From: Vicugna vicugna | Lineage: Eukaryota | Direction: 5' to 3' | Length of the DNA: 64,000 nucleotides | NCBI GenBank assembly: GCA_013265495.1 | Contig: MU058718.1 | Coordinates: 744,001-808,000, forward strand | Shown: positions 1 to 14,943 of the stretch, one piece after another | Layout of the letters: each line of letters opens with the position of its first letter | How positions within the stretch are numbered: position 1 is the stretch's first letter | Made by a program: the position numbers and the translations under genes | The notes under the pieces: generated by a model | Database searches by the model: none | What the model saw: the letters and a program-made list of their open reading frames with translations, nothing else | What the model was told of the DNA's origin: nothing

Positions 1-3000
1 TGTACAGTAGGTTTTGTAACTTTATACTTCAAATTTTAAGCTATAAAAATGTTGTCCAGCTTCAGCTGAGGATCGTATTCCTTTTTTGCTCGGATTCCTG
101 TTTTCATTCCCATCCAAATTTGAATGAATCAAAAAGGATAAAGAAGGAGTTCCGAGGGAAGCAGGAGGCTAACACCAAAGACAAATCAATAATGTGACTG
201 TGACAATAATACAAGCCATAACATTTTATTTATAATCTAAACTCTACCTACTTCCTTGAAGGATTTAAAATGGCTTAAAATAAACACATGTACAGGATAA
301 TCGAAATAAAGAAAAGAAGAGCTAATCCACATGGAAGAAAGGGGAGATAACCACCAGGAAATAGAGATGAGAGTTATTGTAACGAAGCACTAATTTTGGC
401 TCTCAGTTTAGGAAACCAAAGCTAAAAAGGAAACATGATAGGTTAGGAATTCTCAATTTCATAAATGTAGAAGCAGATGGATTTGTCAGCAGGGATGGTC
501 CATTTTCCATGGCTGAGCTCAAAGAGAAATTTACAGCACAACCCCTCCATAAAATAAGCCAAGAAATAAGGAAGGGCGACTTCAGCTCAAGCTCGGTGGC
601 CGTTTCCTCCTTCGACTGTTGGTAGAAACCAAAGCCCGCGTACTGCAATGCAGCTAACTTGTCTCTGTGCACAGCTGAGCGAATGTGGTCTCAGCAAGCT
701 GCTCTCTGGCGTGAACATGTTAAAATGGAGGCTCTTGGAGAACCTAGAGTAACCGATGACTAACTTGCCCTGAAAACTGTCTTCCTCTAGGAAGGATTAA
801 GGTTACTGATGAGCATTTCAAGTGCAGTGTGTGGGTACCACTGGCTGATGTTCTGTCAGGAAAACAAAGGACCCTGCCTCGAAATCCTACCAGGAAAGGG
901 GCACTCCAATAGCTCCTACAGACAAGACCCATACTATTTTTCAGTAGCAGGCTTTAAATAAGCTTTCCATGGCAAACCAGTTACTCGAGAGATACCAGTC
1001 CAAAGTTCTGGACCACAGAGAGAAGTCCTGTTGGTCTAGGAAGTTAAGGACAGGGGTTTTCTGGTGGCTAACTCAGTCACAAAAACCACAGCACAGTTCC
1101 AGCAGAATAACAAATTCTGAGAGAAATCACATCCTGTTGACAGTTCACCAGATTTCAAGCAGCTGGGGCAATGGAAGTACTGGATGAACTTAATAAAGAT
1201 ATATTAGGAACAAATAGAAAAACAAAACCCGTAACAACAACAACAAAATCCTGAAAAATGTCTTCCAAAGATCCTGATTTCAAGAGTGGGCCACTTAATG
1301 CTACATTATTATTTCATAAGTAGCTGCCTCCCCAGACTGCCTGGGTCTATGACAGTGATGTGTACAGAGGACAGGCCTGGCTTTCCTTTGGTCTGGCAGA
1401 AATCGGCCACCTCACTCGATTAAAAACAGAATAAGGACATTTAGCTATAATTTAACAAGAAGAAAGGCTAGGACATGGCTTTGCTTCCTGGATTTTAAAA
1501 TTGAAATTTGACCTGCCAAAAGGTTGTTATTACTCACTCCAGTCTGGCATTAGGAAACGATGTGGTACAAGGTTTGGAGTAGAATTAAAAGTAGGATTAA
1601 TGACCTGGGAGTATGGAGAAATACATGTCTCTTCTAAGACCCAAGACTACAAGTCCATCAATTCTCCTGAAATTTTTATCTCGAATGGAGAAACCACAGT
1701 GTTTTAAGAAGAAAAGAGGCACAGAGTTCTTAAAGGGATGTCCACCCAAAGAATTAATCTGTAATTTGAGGACTAATCAGAAGGAATTTTACCTGAAATA
1801 CTATTTAGGAATGGTATTTCTACTGTTAGTATATTTGTATATTGCTTTGTAGTTTACAGAGTACCCTACATTTTCACCTAGGGTATTATCTCATTTAATT
1901 CTGATGATAAGACTGTGAGTCAATTATGGTATTTTTTTCCCCACTGAATAGATGTGGAGATTAAGCCAAGCCAAGTAACCTGTCTAAGATCATACAGGCA
2001 AATACCTGGTCCAGAATTAGAACTCAATTCTTTTAACACTAAATCCTTTATCATGGAAATTAGAGCCTATTTCACTTGATACAATCCAGGTAGCATAGGT
2101 TTTTAAAAATCTTCTCCCAGTGCAGGGAAAAATTTTTTTTCATACAAAATTTGTGGGCTCTAATTATTCTACCTATAGTTTAAAAAAGATAACTTAAGGT
2201 TCTGGGATTACTTATAATGATGGCACTAGTAGATAAAAAATGTAGTGTGTTTCTATCATAAATATTTAAGAGGTTGACTTTATGGTAGGTTATATATGTC
2301 CATATTTAAGTCCTTGCTTCTTTGAATAGTGACTATTCTCCAAATATATAGGGCAATGTGACAATAGAAATTAAAGGTCTTAAAAACAGTTATACTATTT
2401 GGGAATGCCTGTCAAAAATGTAAATGTGCATTACCCCAGCAATTCCTCCTCTAGAAATTTATGCTAAAGAAATCAGGATAAGTGCACAAAAATGTGAAAA
2501 ACAGGATGTTCCTGACAGTGTTGTTTATCTTAAGAAACTACAGGTTATTTATTTTCTTCTCTGCTTTGTCTTGACTTACTTATCTTCTGCCGTGAGCTTG
2601 TGTTTCTTTTAAAATCAGAAGAATAAGCAATTTTTATAAAGAAAGAGAGAGAGAAAAAAATAACTTTTGACACAGTAAACCTGTTTTTCCTAAGGAAAAG
2701 ATTAGGATCAGTGTTTAAAGATATGTGCACTAAAAAGGTACAGCACAGTATTTTATAATAGTGAAAACTGGGACAAAACTAAATTTTTTCCATCATAGTA
2801 ATATTTAACACTCATGATATCCTCATAAAACTGGCCATTACTTAGCTATTAAAGATGTTGATGCTTGCTTTTATTACTGAATTCAGAAAGCCAATTATAA
2901 AATAGGATGTTCACAGTATTACATCATTGTGTACATGCATGCAACTATACATATATATATTTGCAGAGGAAAAAGCTTTAGAAGGTTGTGGCTATATTGG

Positions 3001-3021
3001 GATTAGCCTGGGTGGGCAGGG

Positions 3022-3257
3022 TAACATAATGGTTATGTTAGGCAAGGACTCCAGAACCAAACTGCCTGAGTTTGAATCAGGATGTGCCATCCTCTGTGTA
3101 TAACCTTAAGCATTTTAACCTTACTTGTGCTTCACTTTTCTCATCTGTAATAAGAAAAACAATCATGACTGCCTCCTGGGGCCATTATAAGGAATAAAGA
3201 GGTAAAGAACTTATTTAGCTGAGTGCCTTGCACACAGTGAGGCTCAGACACATGCTG
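3022..3257 (+). mobile_element. MIR SINE
   Basis: Core motifs CTGCCTGAGTTTGAATC, TTTTCTCATCTGTAA and AGTGCCTTGCACACAGT. Confidence 0.75.

Positions 3258-3289
<32 letters not shown>
3258..3289 (+). repeat. (TCA)10 microsatellite at the MIR tail
   Basis: Direct reading. Confidence 0.95.
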
Positions 3290-3291
<2 letters not shown>

Positions 3292-3407
3292 TGATGCCAG
3301 GGTCATCCGTGGTTGCTTTTTTAGTTTATCTGTATCTTCCAAATTTTCTACCATTTATGTGGGTTTTACATGGATTACTTCTGTAATGTTCAAAAATAAT
3401 TGCTTGC

Positions 3408-3923
3408 GAGGATTTGAACAGATATTTGTACACCTCTGTTTAGAGCAGCATTATTCACAACAGCCAAAGGGTGGAAACAACCTAAATGTCCATCAACAAG
3501 TGGGCAGATAAACAAACTGTGGTATATCCAAACAATGGAATGTTATTCACCCTTAAGAAAAAGAAAAAAAGGAACTCCTGATATATGCAAACCTCTTGAA
3601 AACATTGAACTAAATAAAATAAGGCAGACACAAAAGAACAAATTTTGTATGATTCTACTTATATGAGGTACCTAGAGTAGCCAAATTCATAGATACAGAA
3701 AGAAGGATGCTGGTGTCCAGGGATTAGCGGAAGGAGGGACTGGGGAGTTAGCATTTAATGCAGACAGAGTTTCCATTTGGGAAAGATGATGAGCTCTGGA
3801 GATGGCGGGTGGTGATGGTGGTACAACAATGTGAATGTCCTTAATTCCACAGAACTATACACTTAAAAATGGTTAAAATGATGTATTTTGTGTTATGTAT
3901 ATTTTACCACAATTAAAAAAAAA
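3408..3923 (+). mobile_element. L1M (L1MA/MB-like) 3' fragment
   Basis: GCAGCATTATTCACAACAGCCAAAGGGTGGAAACAACCTAAATGTCCATCAAC through TATATTTTACCACAAT plus poly-A. Confidence 0.85.
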
Positions 3924-6900
3924 ATAACACAATCAGACCACCTTTAGGGTTAAGGACAGGGAAACTAAGTCTATTCATTTGGGCCCCACTACATACCCAG
4001 CTCCAGGAAAGGGACAAAGTAGCAGTTTGGAGAAAAGAATGGACCAAAGAGCAAAAAGGCTCCTCTCCCTATCTGCCCTCTTGTTCAAAGTCCCCCGTGC
4101 CCCACCTAGCCTTTCTCTCTTCCTGGCATGCCCTTGCACTGAGATAAGGAATAAGCTGGGAACGTGTTTCATTCAACAATCCCTGTTTTACAGAAAAGAA
4201 TTAAAAGTTGATACGTAAATTAGAGACTGACCTAAAAATGAATGAAACTGAACTTCATTTCATCCTTCTCCCAGTTAGCCTAACAAACACTCAGGCTGTG
4301 TCCCTAGGGACAAGATCAGCCTCCCTGACTCTTTATTTCCTTAGTAGAGAAGTGTGTCTTCCAAGACAGAGCTCACTCTCTAGATTAAGTGTGACTCATC
4401 TGTCCTTCGTTCTCTAACTTACTTTGTGGAAGCCAGGGTCACCAACTCGAACACAGGGACCAGGCAGAAGCAATGTGGGTTTAAGACCACACTAGGAAGT
4501 GCTGAGGATTGAGGCAAAGAGTCCCTACCTGTTGAAAGGGGCAGCTCCTACTAAGCTCAGCAGATTGCTTCCATATAGGAAAGCATGTTCACTGCTCCCA
4601 AATTTTCCACTTGTCAAAAGAAATATGAAACTCAGGTTTTGATGTGAATCTCTCCAAATATAATATAGATTTTTCAAAAAGAAATATTCTGACCCAAACA
4701 AAACACTTCTGTGTAGGGCTCCCTTTCATGACATCTGATTCAGAGGTTAGTCTGCAAGCAATAAAACCCTAACAAATGACGCACCCCAGTTAACCCTTCA
4801 AATGAACAGAAGAATGCTATGAACAGGGAAGGTTTACTTTTCATAACTTGAAGATTTTCCTTCCTGGCTGGATGTTCTCCCTTTGCCCCTCCAGACCCAC
4901 TTCCCCTCTTCTGACCTCACTCTGTGCCCCAGGAGGCTACCCTCCTCAGACTACATCTCTTGGCTCCCTGGTCACTGGGGTTCATTTGGGTCATCCAGTG
5001 AAATGGCCAGCAGGAGACCAAAGGGAGGGAAGAGAGAAAAGTTGGGGTATTTACCCCCCTGGTTCCTGCTCTGCTGGGCTGCTTTGGCAGTGACTGCAGT
5101 CTTCCTCTGAAAGGCCACAGCTCCTTTCAAGAGGTTCCTGGAAGCTGAACCTCTTACTGATTCCAAGAGATTCTCCCTTTCTTCATCTCCCCAGGACTAA
5201 GGAGTGGTCATGGCTTTCTGTTGTTACTCTGGGATGATTTGCTGAATCTTGTTGATTTCCCTGACCCCTGCCTAGCTCTCTGTTAGTAGTCCCTCTGTTT
5301 CCTCCATTACCCTTTCAAGGGAGTCAGCTTCTTTCCTGCCAGGACCTGATTGGCACATCTTCCCACATCACATACCACAATGTACTTACGATATTAAACA
5401 GACAAGATCAAGATCCCTCCCTTCCAGACCTGAAGGTCTAATTTCATAGAGGAAAGAGATCCACAAAGTGAGGCTACCTTGACTCTATTTTCCAAGTTGA
5501 AAAGATATTATTTTTTGAACTGTATGTGAACTCTAATTTCTAAATCACAGTCCTGAATTACTAAAATCTTTAGATTAGCAGTCCCGCTCTGGAACAGGTA
5601 ACATAGAAGGCAAAAATCAGTATCTTCCCACTAAAAATAAAATTTGGAAACCATATATGCTCCATAAGGCAAAGATCTTTTGCTTATATTTTCCTAAAAT
5701 GCCCATAGAAGACAGTTAACAATTTTTAAGTACTTTTGAACAAGATGTGTCATTAAGATATGTTACACTGAAGCTTTTCTCCCATGTAACCCCATTAAAT
5801 ACTTCAAGGTGCAGTGCTGAATCCAATTATCTAAATATCCAAGTATCATACACTAAAAGCCTGCATTAAAAGGGCCACGACTCCTCTACTCTTCTCAAAA
5901 CTGTTCCCAGACTCCTTGCATCACAGTTAGGAATGCAAAGATTTTAGTCAACATTACTAGATTTTTCAGTTCACTTTTCAAGAACTTTTTAGTCAGATAT
6001 TCAACAACTATTTATTGATGTATATGTATTTAGCACCAACTATGCATCCACTCTGACTCTGAGGCTGTGATGATATGAGGACTCCGACCTCAAGAGACTC
6101 GGTCTCTGTGTTCTTGTGTGCTTGTAAGACAATGAAATCATGCTTTAGTAGAGATGGTATTCAAATGTGAGAACATCACTGAGGGATCTGCTCAGTCAGT
6201 CCACAGAGCTGGAAAGGCTGGACATCAGAAGTGACCTTTGTGTTGGGACAAGAAGGGTGAGGGAGATGTTGTCAGGTGGAAGAGAGGAAAATATGCAGAT
6301 GGATGGGAAAGCGTGTGTAAATACCAAAGAGTAACATGGCGAGTTTTACCAGTTTCTATCTCTAATACCGAGTATAGCTCATGGCACAGAGTAAGCTTTT
6401 TTTTAAATGAATGAACAAAGTGGGGTTTCACATGCAAAAATTCTACTGTCTTCATTAGTTAAACACCTGTTAGAGTAGCGATGTAATTAATCATTCATGG
6501 TTGGCCCTAAACTGGAAATAGACCTTGTGAAATACATCATTTAGTGTTCCCAAAATTAAAAGAAAGAAGTCCTAATGTTGGCAGTGCACATTCCTGTCAC
6601 TTAAATTGCAATGCAAAAATTAAGCTCCAACAAATTGCTAATATGTTGGTGTGGCTGAGACTAGTTTAATATTTCAAGTTCATTCATGATTTAGTCATCT
6701 TGTCATAGTGACTATTTTAATGTGTTCCCAAGGGAAAAAGTGTAACCACCAATTAAATCTGATTCAACAATAAAAATCTAACCTCTGAATAACAATATTG
6801 GGCTCTGACTCCTTCCTTTTCTTAAGCTTTCCCTTCTAACACATTCTACCTTGTTATTTGTTCTTAGTATCTTACCTCTAACCTGGAGAAACTGTATGTG

Positions 6901-9900
6901 GTCTCTATACTTCAAAGATCTGGGCAGTTACTGATTACCTAAGTAACAAGAGCATTTTAAAAGGTAACAGTTTTGTTCTGCACGTTATGCAGGTAATATA
7001 TGCTAACCTGGGCATGAAGAAACCAAGATGAGCACATGCAGCACCGCTGACAGCGCTCCTCTGCCGGGGAGGGGTCTGCATTGTGGGAGACTTGCTTTCT
7101 ATGTCATACATCTCTATTACAAAAATCTGAAAATCTACTTTTTTTTTTACAGCAACCATATTTTACTTTGTAATGAAAGAAATAGATATTTTCTTAGAGT
7201 AGGTAGGCATATGAGTCATCTTCTGGTATATAATCTGGTCTAGAAATTTTCGCAGAGACTGCAGAAGAAATCCCATCAGAACTGGGGCAACAGTAAGGCT
7301 TCCTTCATTTTCACAGGGAACCAGTAATCCCACCACACATCCAGCTCTCCCCCACTTGTTCATCCTTCCAAGGCTCACAATGGGCCAGATCTAAGAAAAC
7401 AGTCTCTCCCCACCGCCTGAGAAAGTACCTCCTTAAAGAGAAGCTGCATGTGGGTCCTCGCCATTTAAAGATGCTGAGTTTTTTTTAATACCAAATATAC
7501 TTGTTAAAATATAAATTTAAGTCAGCTGGAGAAAACACTTGTGCATATGGGTTCAAATGCACCTTAGTTTAGATAGATGGTCACAATTCAGCCTATAAGA
7601 GAACATTTTTCAATCAAAATGAAGCAATATTAAGCATTTGTAAAATAAATTTCCATTGGGCAGAGACTAATTTATCAGATACTGTTTCTCCTGAAACCAT
7701 TTTCTCTTTCCTTCTTGTGATTGCCCCTTACGAATACCTAGAAAGTAATACTCTCACATTGTCAGGTTCAGGGGGTCTATAAAAAATGAATAGAGAAACA
7801 TAACTTGTTGCTGTAATTCATTTGAGACTTGCTCTGGCTAATACAAGAAATATTTGATGGATGGAGAAAAGAAAAATGACAATGAAACCAGCCAGAGATA
7901 TGAAATACAATAAAAATCCCAGAATACAAAACTAATAATAATCAGAGTTACTTAATCATGAAGAAATTAATTAGGTTCACCAGGAAGCAAGAATAATAAT
8001 TATGACAAGAAGAACAAGAACATAAGCATCTATAATTATAGAAAACTAGAAATCATCCAAATTTACAATAGCAGAGAAATGGTTAAATAAATTACGTATC
8101 ATCCAAACAATGGAACGGAATGCAGTCGTTACAAACCACATAGTCAGAATGACAGAATCCTAGTAATTACTGAAGCTGAATGTTGGGTATCTAGGAGTTT
8201 ACTGCATTATTCTATTTTTATATGTCTAAAATTTTCCATAAAACATGTTTATATTTAGTGATGAAGGAAAATGCTTGTGATATCACATTCAGTGAAAAGG
8301 GCAGGGGGGAAGCCCAATGCACACCATATAAAGTACATGATTCTAATTTTGTTCAAAACAGATGTACAAAGCGAAGACAGTCTAGAAGGAAACGCCCTAA
8401 AATGATAGATTGTGAGAGGCTCTGAGTGGCAGATTAGGGATGATGATGATTTTCTTCTTTTGCTTTTCCATAAATGTCTTAACAATGAACATGTTTACTT
8501 TTGTAATTAGCAAAATGTCAGACAGGAAAGAATTCATATTTGGGAAAGAAGAAGACAAGAGAGGGCAGCCCTTGAGTAAGAGCTGGCGATTCATCAAGCA
8601 TTCCTAGACTCTGCACAGGATAAAAAGACTAAATCAAGTTGACCATCTGAAGCCTGCAAGCTATTCGAGGAGATAACTTAAACATAAAAAGATACCACTG
8701 GGCTGCAGACAAGTGTTGAATGAGGAGTGCTTACAAGTGCCACAAGAGCTTAAAAAAAAAATTTAAAGTCACAGAGCTGTGGTGATTGAGGAATGATGAC
8801 TTCACGAGGCTGCCCAGGGAACTGGGCTCTGATGGGTGGGTGGGGATTGTAGAGGGGGAGATGGAAGGAACCTGGAGGAGGAGGGGTAGTTTGAGGCACA
8901 GGTGGAAGGAGAGAAAATGTGGGACACAGAGCAAATCACTTTGGTTGAAACAGGGTGTATGTAGAAGAGGAGTAGGAAATACAACTTCCGTCAGGTTAGA
9001 GTGAAGGTTTTCAACCTCATCAGACTCCATACTCCCTTTACAATCTTGTAATGAAAGTCACTGGCTATATAACCAAATCCACACGTGATTCTAATAAATC
9101 AATGTCATGATCTAGCTGCAATATAAAGGAGAAATAAAAGGAAAATTACTTATAATGGTATAATATACATCGCAACATGAATATTTTCAGACACAAGATC
9201 TCCAGAAGACAATCCCTGTGAATGCAACAGCCACGCACACAGACTGACAACTGGTTACAAACCACAAATAATGGTGCCAGCGTGGGAGGGGACTCTTGGT
9301 AAAGTCCAGAAGAAGACAAAATACAGATCTCCATGCATTTAAGTTGTGTAAAAAATGTCTTTTGCTTATAGAGTTGTTTGTAGGCCCTGAAAATTATCAG
9401 AGTAGGGTTTTTCACTTCCCTGTTGCCTGGTGGACATTGGAAAGTCAAGTGGGAAGCGGGGCAATGCTCCGAGGTGGGCAACTGCCCCAGGGACTGCAGG
9501 ACTTGTAGCCTCCTTGATCCCGCCCATTCAATGCCAGTAGCAAACCACCCCTTTACATTGTGAAAACCAACAACATCTCACAGGTTTCTAAAGTTTCTGA
9601 AGTCTCACAGAAGTCTCACTAGGATAGAATCAGCATTTCCTCTCAGGGCACCACGGCATTCTGGGCAGGACAACGTCTCTCTGTCACGAATGACCATCTC
9701 CTGTCTCATGTCTTGCAGGACACTGGGCATCCCTAACTCGGGTGCTAAAATCTAGTCATGGTGATAACCAAAGAACAGCCCTCAGCCATCCTCTTTGGGC
9801 CCTATCTCTGTGCCTTTGAGAGACACTGGCCAAGATCTTGGAAGGTATGAATGGCAAGCTACAGAGGTAACTGGGGGAAGAGAAGGTCTGAGATAAGAAA

Positions 9901-10429
9901 CTAATTTTTAAGGCTTGAAAATCTTTCTATGATGCAGCCCTCAAAGAATCATGTGATTATTAAAGCCAAAAGTCAAAACTATAATAAAAGCACCCTTGAA
10001 CATTTATTAATGTTTGACTTTCTCTCAAACCCTAAGCCTTTGGCTACTTCTGAAAGGAGCTCGCTGCTGGAAAGCATGTTACCCAGGGGTCTGGGAAATA
10101 CAAACTCAAGAGCTGACCACATTTGGGTTTTCATGTTACTCAAGTGGGAGGGTCAACTTGGAGTGAGGCATGAAAAGCATGTAGCGCCACACCTTAGGCA
10201 GACTCAATACAGCCAACACAGTGGCCCCAACACAGCTGGGAGAGGCAAGGACACTCAGAGAAAAGAAAAGAGAAGAGAAGACTGCCTAATCAGTGTCTTC
10301 CTACATTTTATAACCCTAGCCTTTTTAAGATAGACATTTCTAAGATCTGTCTCCTTACCCAGCTTTATTTTTCTTCACAGTACTTATCACCACTTCCAGT
10401 GCCAGTACATCACAGGCATGCAAATATTC

Positions 10430-10760
10430 AGTGAATTAATTTTTCAACAAATATTTATTGTGTGCCTGCTACATTCTGTGTTCTGTTTCTGATGCCGGGC
10501 AGGTTGGGGGCAGCAGTCAACAAAACTGACAACACCCTTCTTTCATGGACTTTACATTCTAGTGGGGGGTTTGGATGATACACAGATACATAATGTAATA
10601 TGTCATAAGGTGATGAATACTCTGAATAAAAGAAACCAGGGAAAAGGATTTAGAAAAGCTGGTCAGGAAGGCTTCTCTGAGAAGGTGACATGTGAACAGA
10701 GACCTGAAGGACATGAAGAAATGAGCCATGCAGACATCTGGGGCAAGAGGGAGTTCTTGC
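10430..10760 (-). mobile_element. L2 3' remnant
   Basis: TTCAACAAATATTTATTG...GGAAGGCTTCTCTGAGAAGGTGACATGTGAACAGAGACCTGAAGGA. Confidence 0.7.
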
Positions 10761-13700
10761 CTTATTTTGAAAATTAAAGTAAAGCTATCATAATTAAAAC
10801 AAATCAAAGCAATGGACTTTGCTTTTAAATTAAGGAAAGGAGTATGTTTTGTACAGAACTGGATCTCAACTTCTAACACCATACATGTTCCTTCCTACAA
10901 AAAATATAGTTTGAACAGGCACAAAATAAAGTTAGTGAGTGAATGAATGACACAAATCACCTTATTACCTTCGGGAAAGACATGTGTACTCCCCCACATT
11001 GAAAATCACTGGCTCTAACTGATGTTAATATCACTTGTCTTCTAAAATAATTTTGTATACAGTTGAGTCTTGCTATTTACACTGGTAACACAAACTTGAT
11101 GCAGAATGGACCAGAAAAATATCAACATGGAAAATCTAACCAAAGTATCCATACTACATATGGCTACAAAATTCCAACACACTGGAGAAAGAAGCATGAG
11201 GCTTTTTGACCAAGTAGGTGTCTATGAATCAGAAGACCATCAGCTCTCATAGGCTGATAGTAGTCATTGTTTCCAGCCCCATGTCTAAGCATTCCTGATA
11301 GATGAGCATGTAAATTACTCCATCTTTAGAAAATTTCACACACAATGAATCATTTATCTATTTCAACTCTTGTCCTACCTCTAATGTGTCTTGATATAAA
11401 ACAGACCAAACTCCAAAATGAGAAATTCCTAGGATGAAAGTACCCGTTCAAGCTTTTTGATAAACTGTTCAAACAATGCAAATTCAGACAGGTCTTGATT
11501 CTTGATATATAAGTTGTATACATTTTCATAAACTGTATACATTTTAATAAAGTCTTCTGAGGGGATTAAACTAAAACTGAGCAGTTAGCTCTTCCTTCTG
11601 GAAAACTAAATGATACCACACAGCGGCAGAAAATAAGCTTCTGACAGAAATATCACTTGCTCTCTCAAAAATCCTTTTCCTACCAATAGACTGACTGAAT
11701 CAAAATTTAAAACTTCCAGACATCAAATCACATTATACAAAAATGGGAAGGAAAAAAAATACGTGATAAAGAGTGATCATAAATTAGTAAGTAAAAACAA
11801 ATGCCCTAAAGGAAAAACAGATAGAAGAAAGGATAAAAACTACAACTGGACCATAAATATAGGGAAAAAAAGTACCATCAAAGAAATAAATATAACTGAA
11901 AATAAGGACCTACCAAACAGGTTATTTTTGTTTGTTTTTAATGATATCCATTGTAGAAAAGAGTGTGTAAGAATTAAACACTTAAATATTCACAGGAACA
12001 TTCATTTGCCCAAACGTTCAGAAGGACAGTGTGGTTAACATACTATAGACAAAATTTTTAGAATGTGTCACCCAAAACTTGCACTTCCAGGCATGGAACC
12101 CAAAGTAATAACCATGCTTTAAAGGCTGTTTATCACAGCATTGTAAAAAACTGGATATAACCTAACTGAGCAAGTATAGGCTTTGGTTTAATAAATTATG
12201 GCACAGCCATACCATGATATGCTACACAGTCATTAAAAATAGTATTGTGAAAAAAATGAATGGTGATGCATTAAAATATGAATGACAAATTAAGATTAAA
12301 AGGCAGTTTAAATATATTTCTTTGCAGAACAACATAAAAACACATATCTATCACCACAATGTTCATATGGTCCTAATTTCGTGTATGTGTGTAAAAAAAA
12401 ATTTGTGTATTGATGGTAGGAAAGAAGACTCTTAAATATATTCAATAAAATGAGAAATAAGATTACAGGGGTTATTTATGTGATACTCTCTCTTTTTCAA
12501 TTTTTCTCCCATAGAGATGTAATTCTTCTAATAAGAATGTTTTCTTTTTAAAAACTCTTCTACCCTGTTTGCTAGGACCTGCTTTGCACAATGTGATCAA
12601 TCTTTTCAGACACAGGAGAAAGTATGCTTAATAGAATAGACTTCTCAGAAATAGCTTTTGTGTCAAAATCCATTTCACCATTTAATGCTTCCAATTCTTT
12701 GTATTATAATCTTATCTAGCGTAAACTTAGATTGGAACATTTATTTTCATCATAAAACATGTTAACAATTGTGTTGCCAAGCAATTGGGTAAAGGGCAGT
12801 AATGGAAAGAGCTTCTATTTCAAGTAAGTAAATCATGTTAAAAGTTACATAATAACCCAAATATAATTATCCAGTTCATTCCATTGGACAAACTTACCAT
12901 GAGTGCCTACTATGTGCTAAGCACTGCATTGATGATTAATTTGACAAAGCCCTCTTCTGAGATGAAAGAACATTTAAATCTGAAGGGTTCATCTGAACAC
13001 TTGCCCCTAAAACTAAAGCCCAGTAGAACAACAGCTCCTCTGGTAAAAATGCCTCTGCTTAGTAAAGACGACCTTGGATGTCTTGTCCCTCAGCTGCTGT
13101 GTCTCATCTGTAAAGCTCTCCTGCTCCTGCCCATACAAGACACCCCACCCTAAACCGAAACCTCAACACTGATGCGCAGTTTGCCAAAAATGAAGTCAGT
13201 CTAGCCCATAATCACAATTCCAATGAGAAAATAATGCAATGCTTTCTTTGAATCACATTTCAGGGAAAGCAGGCCAACTGAAGCCACCTGTTACTTACAT
13301 AGACCCCTCTTTTAGCAGCTCAGCAAGAAAATACTATAAATATTCATTCTTTATGAAATTGCTCAAAGGTCACTTTTAAAGGGAAGGTTATCAATGGGAC
13401 AGCTGGCAATAGACTAGCTATGTTTAAAGACTCTACACCTGCAGTTTAAAAGGCACTGGTAACAGAGATCATTGAAATGTACTATTACTACATTGGTGGA
13501 GAAAATCAATGGAAAATATTATGATGTGTATAATTCCTAGGAGCATTTTACTTGATAATTTAACCGTGAACACCAAAATCATTTAAATTCTATAAAATAC
13601 TATTTGCCTGAAGAGTATGCACATTTTTTCAAAAGGTTCACAGAATAATTCCAGTGTTACAAATAACCTCTTTAACCTGCTGTAACAACAGCCTAGATTT

Positions 13701-13979
13701 TCAACAGCTGTCAAAATAGATTCCAGTATCCATTCTACTCAAGTGTGTTAGAAGAAGATCTTAAACCTGTCAGGAGTGTCAGGACGTGGGTAACTTAGTA
13801 TAAAATGTAACCCAGCTGACTCCGCCAACTACAGAGAAATGGAGAAAGCTTGCATCAGCTCAAAGGGAAAAGATCAATCAAAATCAAAGGGAGCAGGGCA
13901 AGAAGGAGATCAAGTCCAAGAACAGGTGAAGTCCCAGCTCCGTGCTCAGCCATGCGGGGTGTTGCCTACCAGAACGCTT

Positions 13980-14092
13980 CAGAACACGATTCTGAAAAGC
14001 CATGTCTCTATCTCTGTATAACTGAATCACTATGCTGCACACCAGAAGTTAACACAATATTGTAAACTGAATATACTTCAATTTAAAAAAAA
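13980..14092 (+). mobile_element. Short 3' end of a cetartiodactyl-type L1
   Basis: ATAACTGAATCACTATGCTGCACACCAGAAGTTAACACAATATTGTAAACTGAATATACTTCAAT plus A tail; similar to 38215-38280. Confidence 0.7.
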
Positions 14093-14210
14093 TTCTTTTA
14101 AGGCAAACAAAACAAGCCAAAAAAAGCCATGTGATTTATCCCCAGTGGCAGGGGAACACCTCCTGCGTGCCTCTCACCCTGTCGCTACCAGGGGTGCCCT
14201 GGTTCAGAAT

Positions 14211-14378
14211 GCGGTTGCCAGAATCAGCAAATACAAATACAGGACCCTCAGTTAACTCTGAACTGCAGATACACCAAACAGTTATTTTTGGTGTAAGTGA
14301 TAGAAGTATGCCCCATTATTCATGGTGTATCTGCAATTCAAAGTTAACTAGGCATCCAGTATTTTATCTGGCAACCTC
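14211..14378. mobile_element. MER53-like palindromic hAT MITE
   Basis: Inverted termini GGTTGCCAGA ... TCTGGCAACC with internal dyad symmetry. Confidence 0.75.
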
Positions 14379-14920
14379 CACAAGGGTGATAAAACACAGG
14401 CCCTTCCCTCTTGGAGCCAGCGTTTCAGCACAGGATACCAAAAGCTAAAAAGGTCAACATTTTGATCTTTTTATTTTCAAAAATGTGTTCTCATATACAT
14501 TTCATCAAGATTCACCAATTCTTCATCTTTGTTACCTTACATATAACCATTTGAGGGTAAGTTGCAGACATCATGTCCCTTCCCTCCTGAAGACTTCAGC
14601 ATGCACCTTCTAACAATAGGACATTTTCCAATGTGACCAAGGCATAATGATCATACTAAGGAGATTTTAAATTGATACAACATTATTCCCTATCATGGAT
14701 GTAGGTGTCCCAATACTGTCCTTTACAACATAGTTTTTCCCATTCCAGAACCCCATGTTGCATTCTGTTGTCATTTCTCTGGGGCTTCCTTTACTCTGGA
14801 ACTGTTCCTCAGCTAATATGGTAATTGCAATCCAGAGTGCTAAGTGCCGAGCTGGTAACGTGCAGCGGGATGGGGGCGTTGGGAGGACCAGGGATGGCGA
14901 GGCACCTCCTTATTTGTCTT

Positions 14921-14943
14921 CACACACACACACACACACACAC
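14921..14943 (+). repeat. (CA)11 microsatellite
   Basis: Direct reading. Confidence 0.95.
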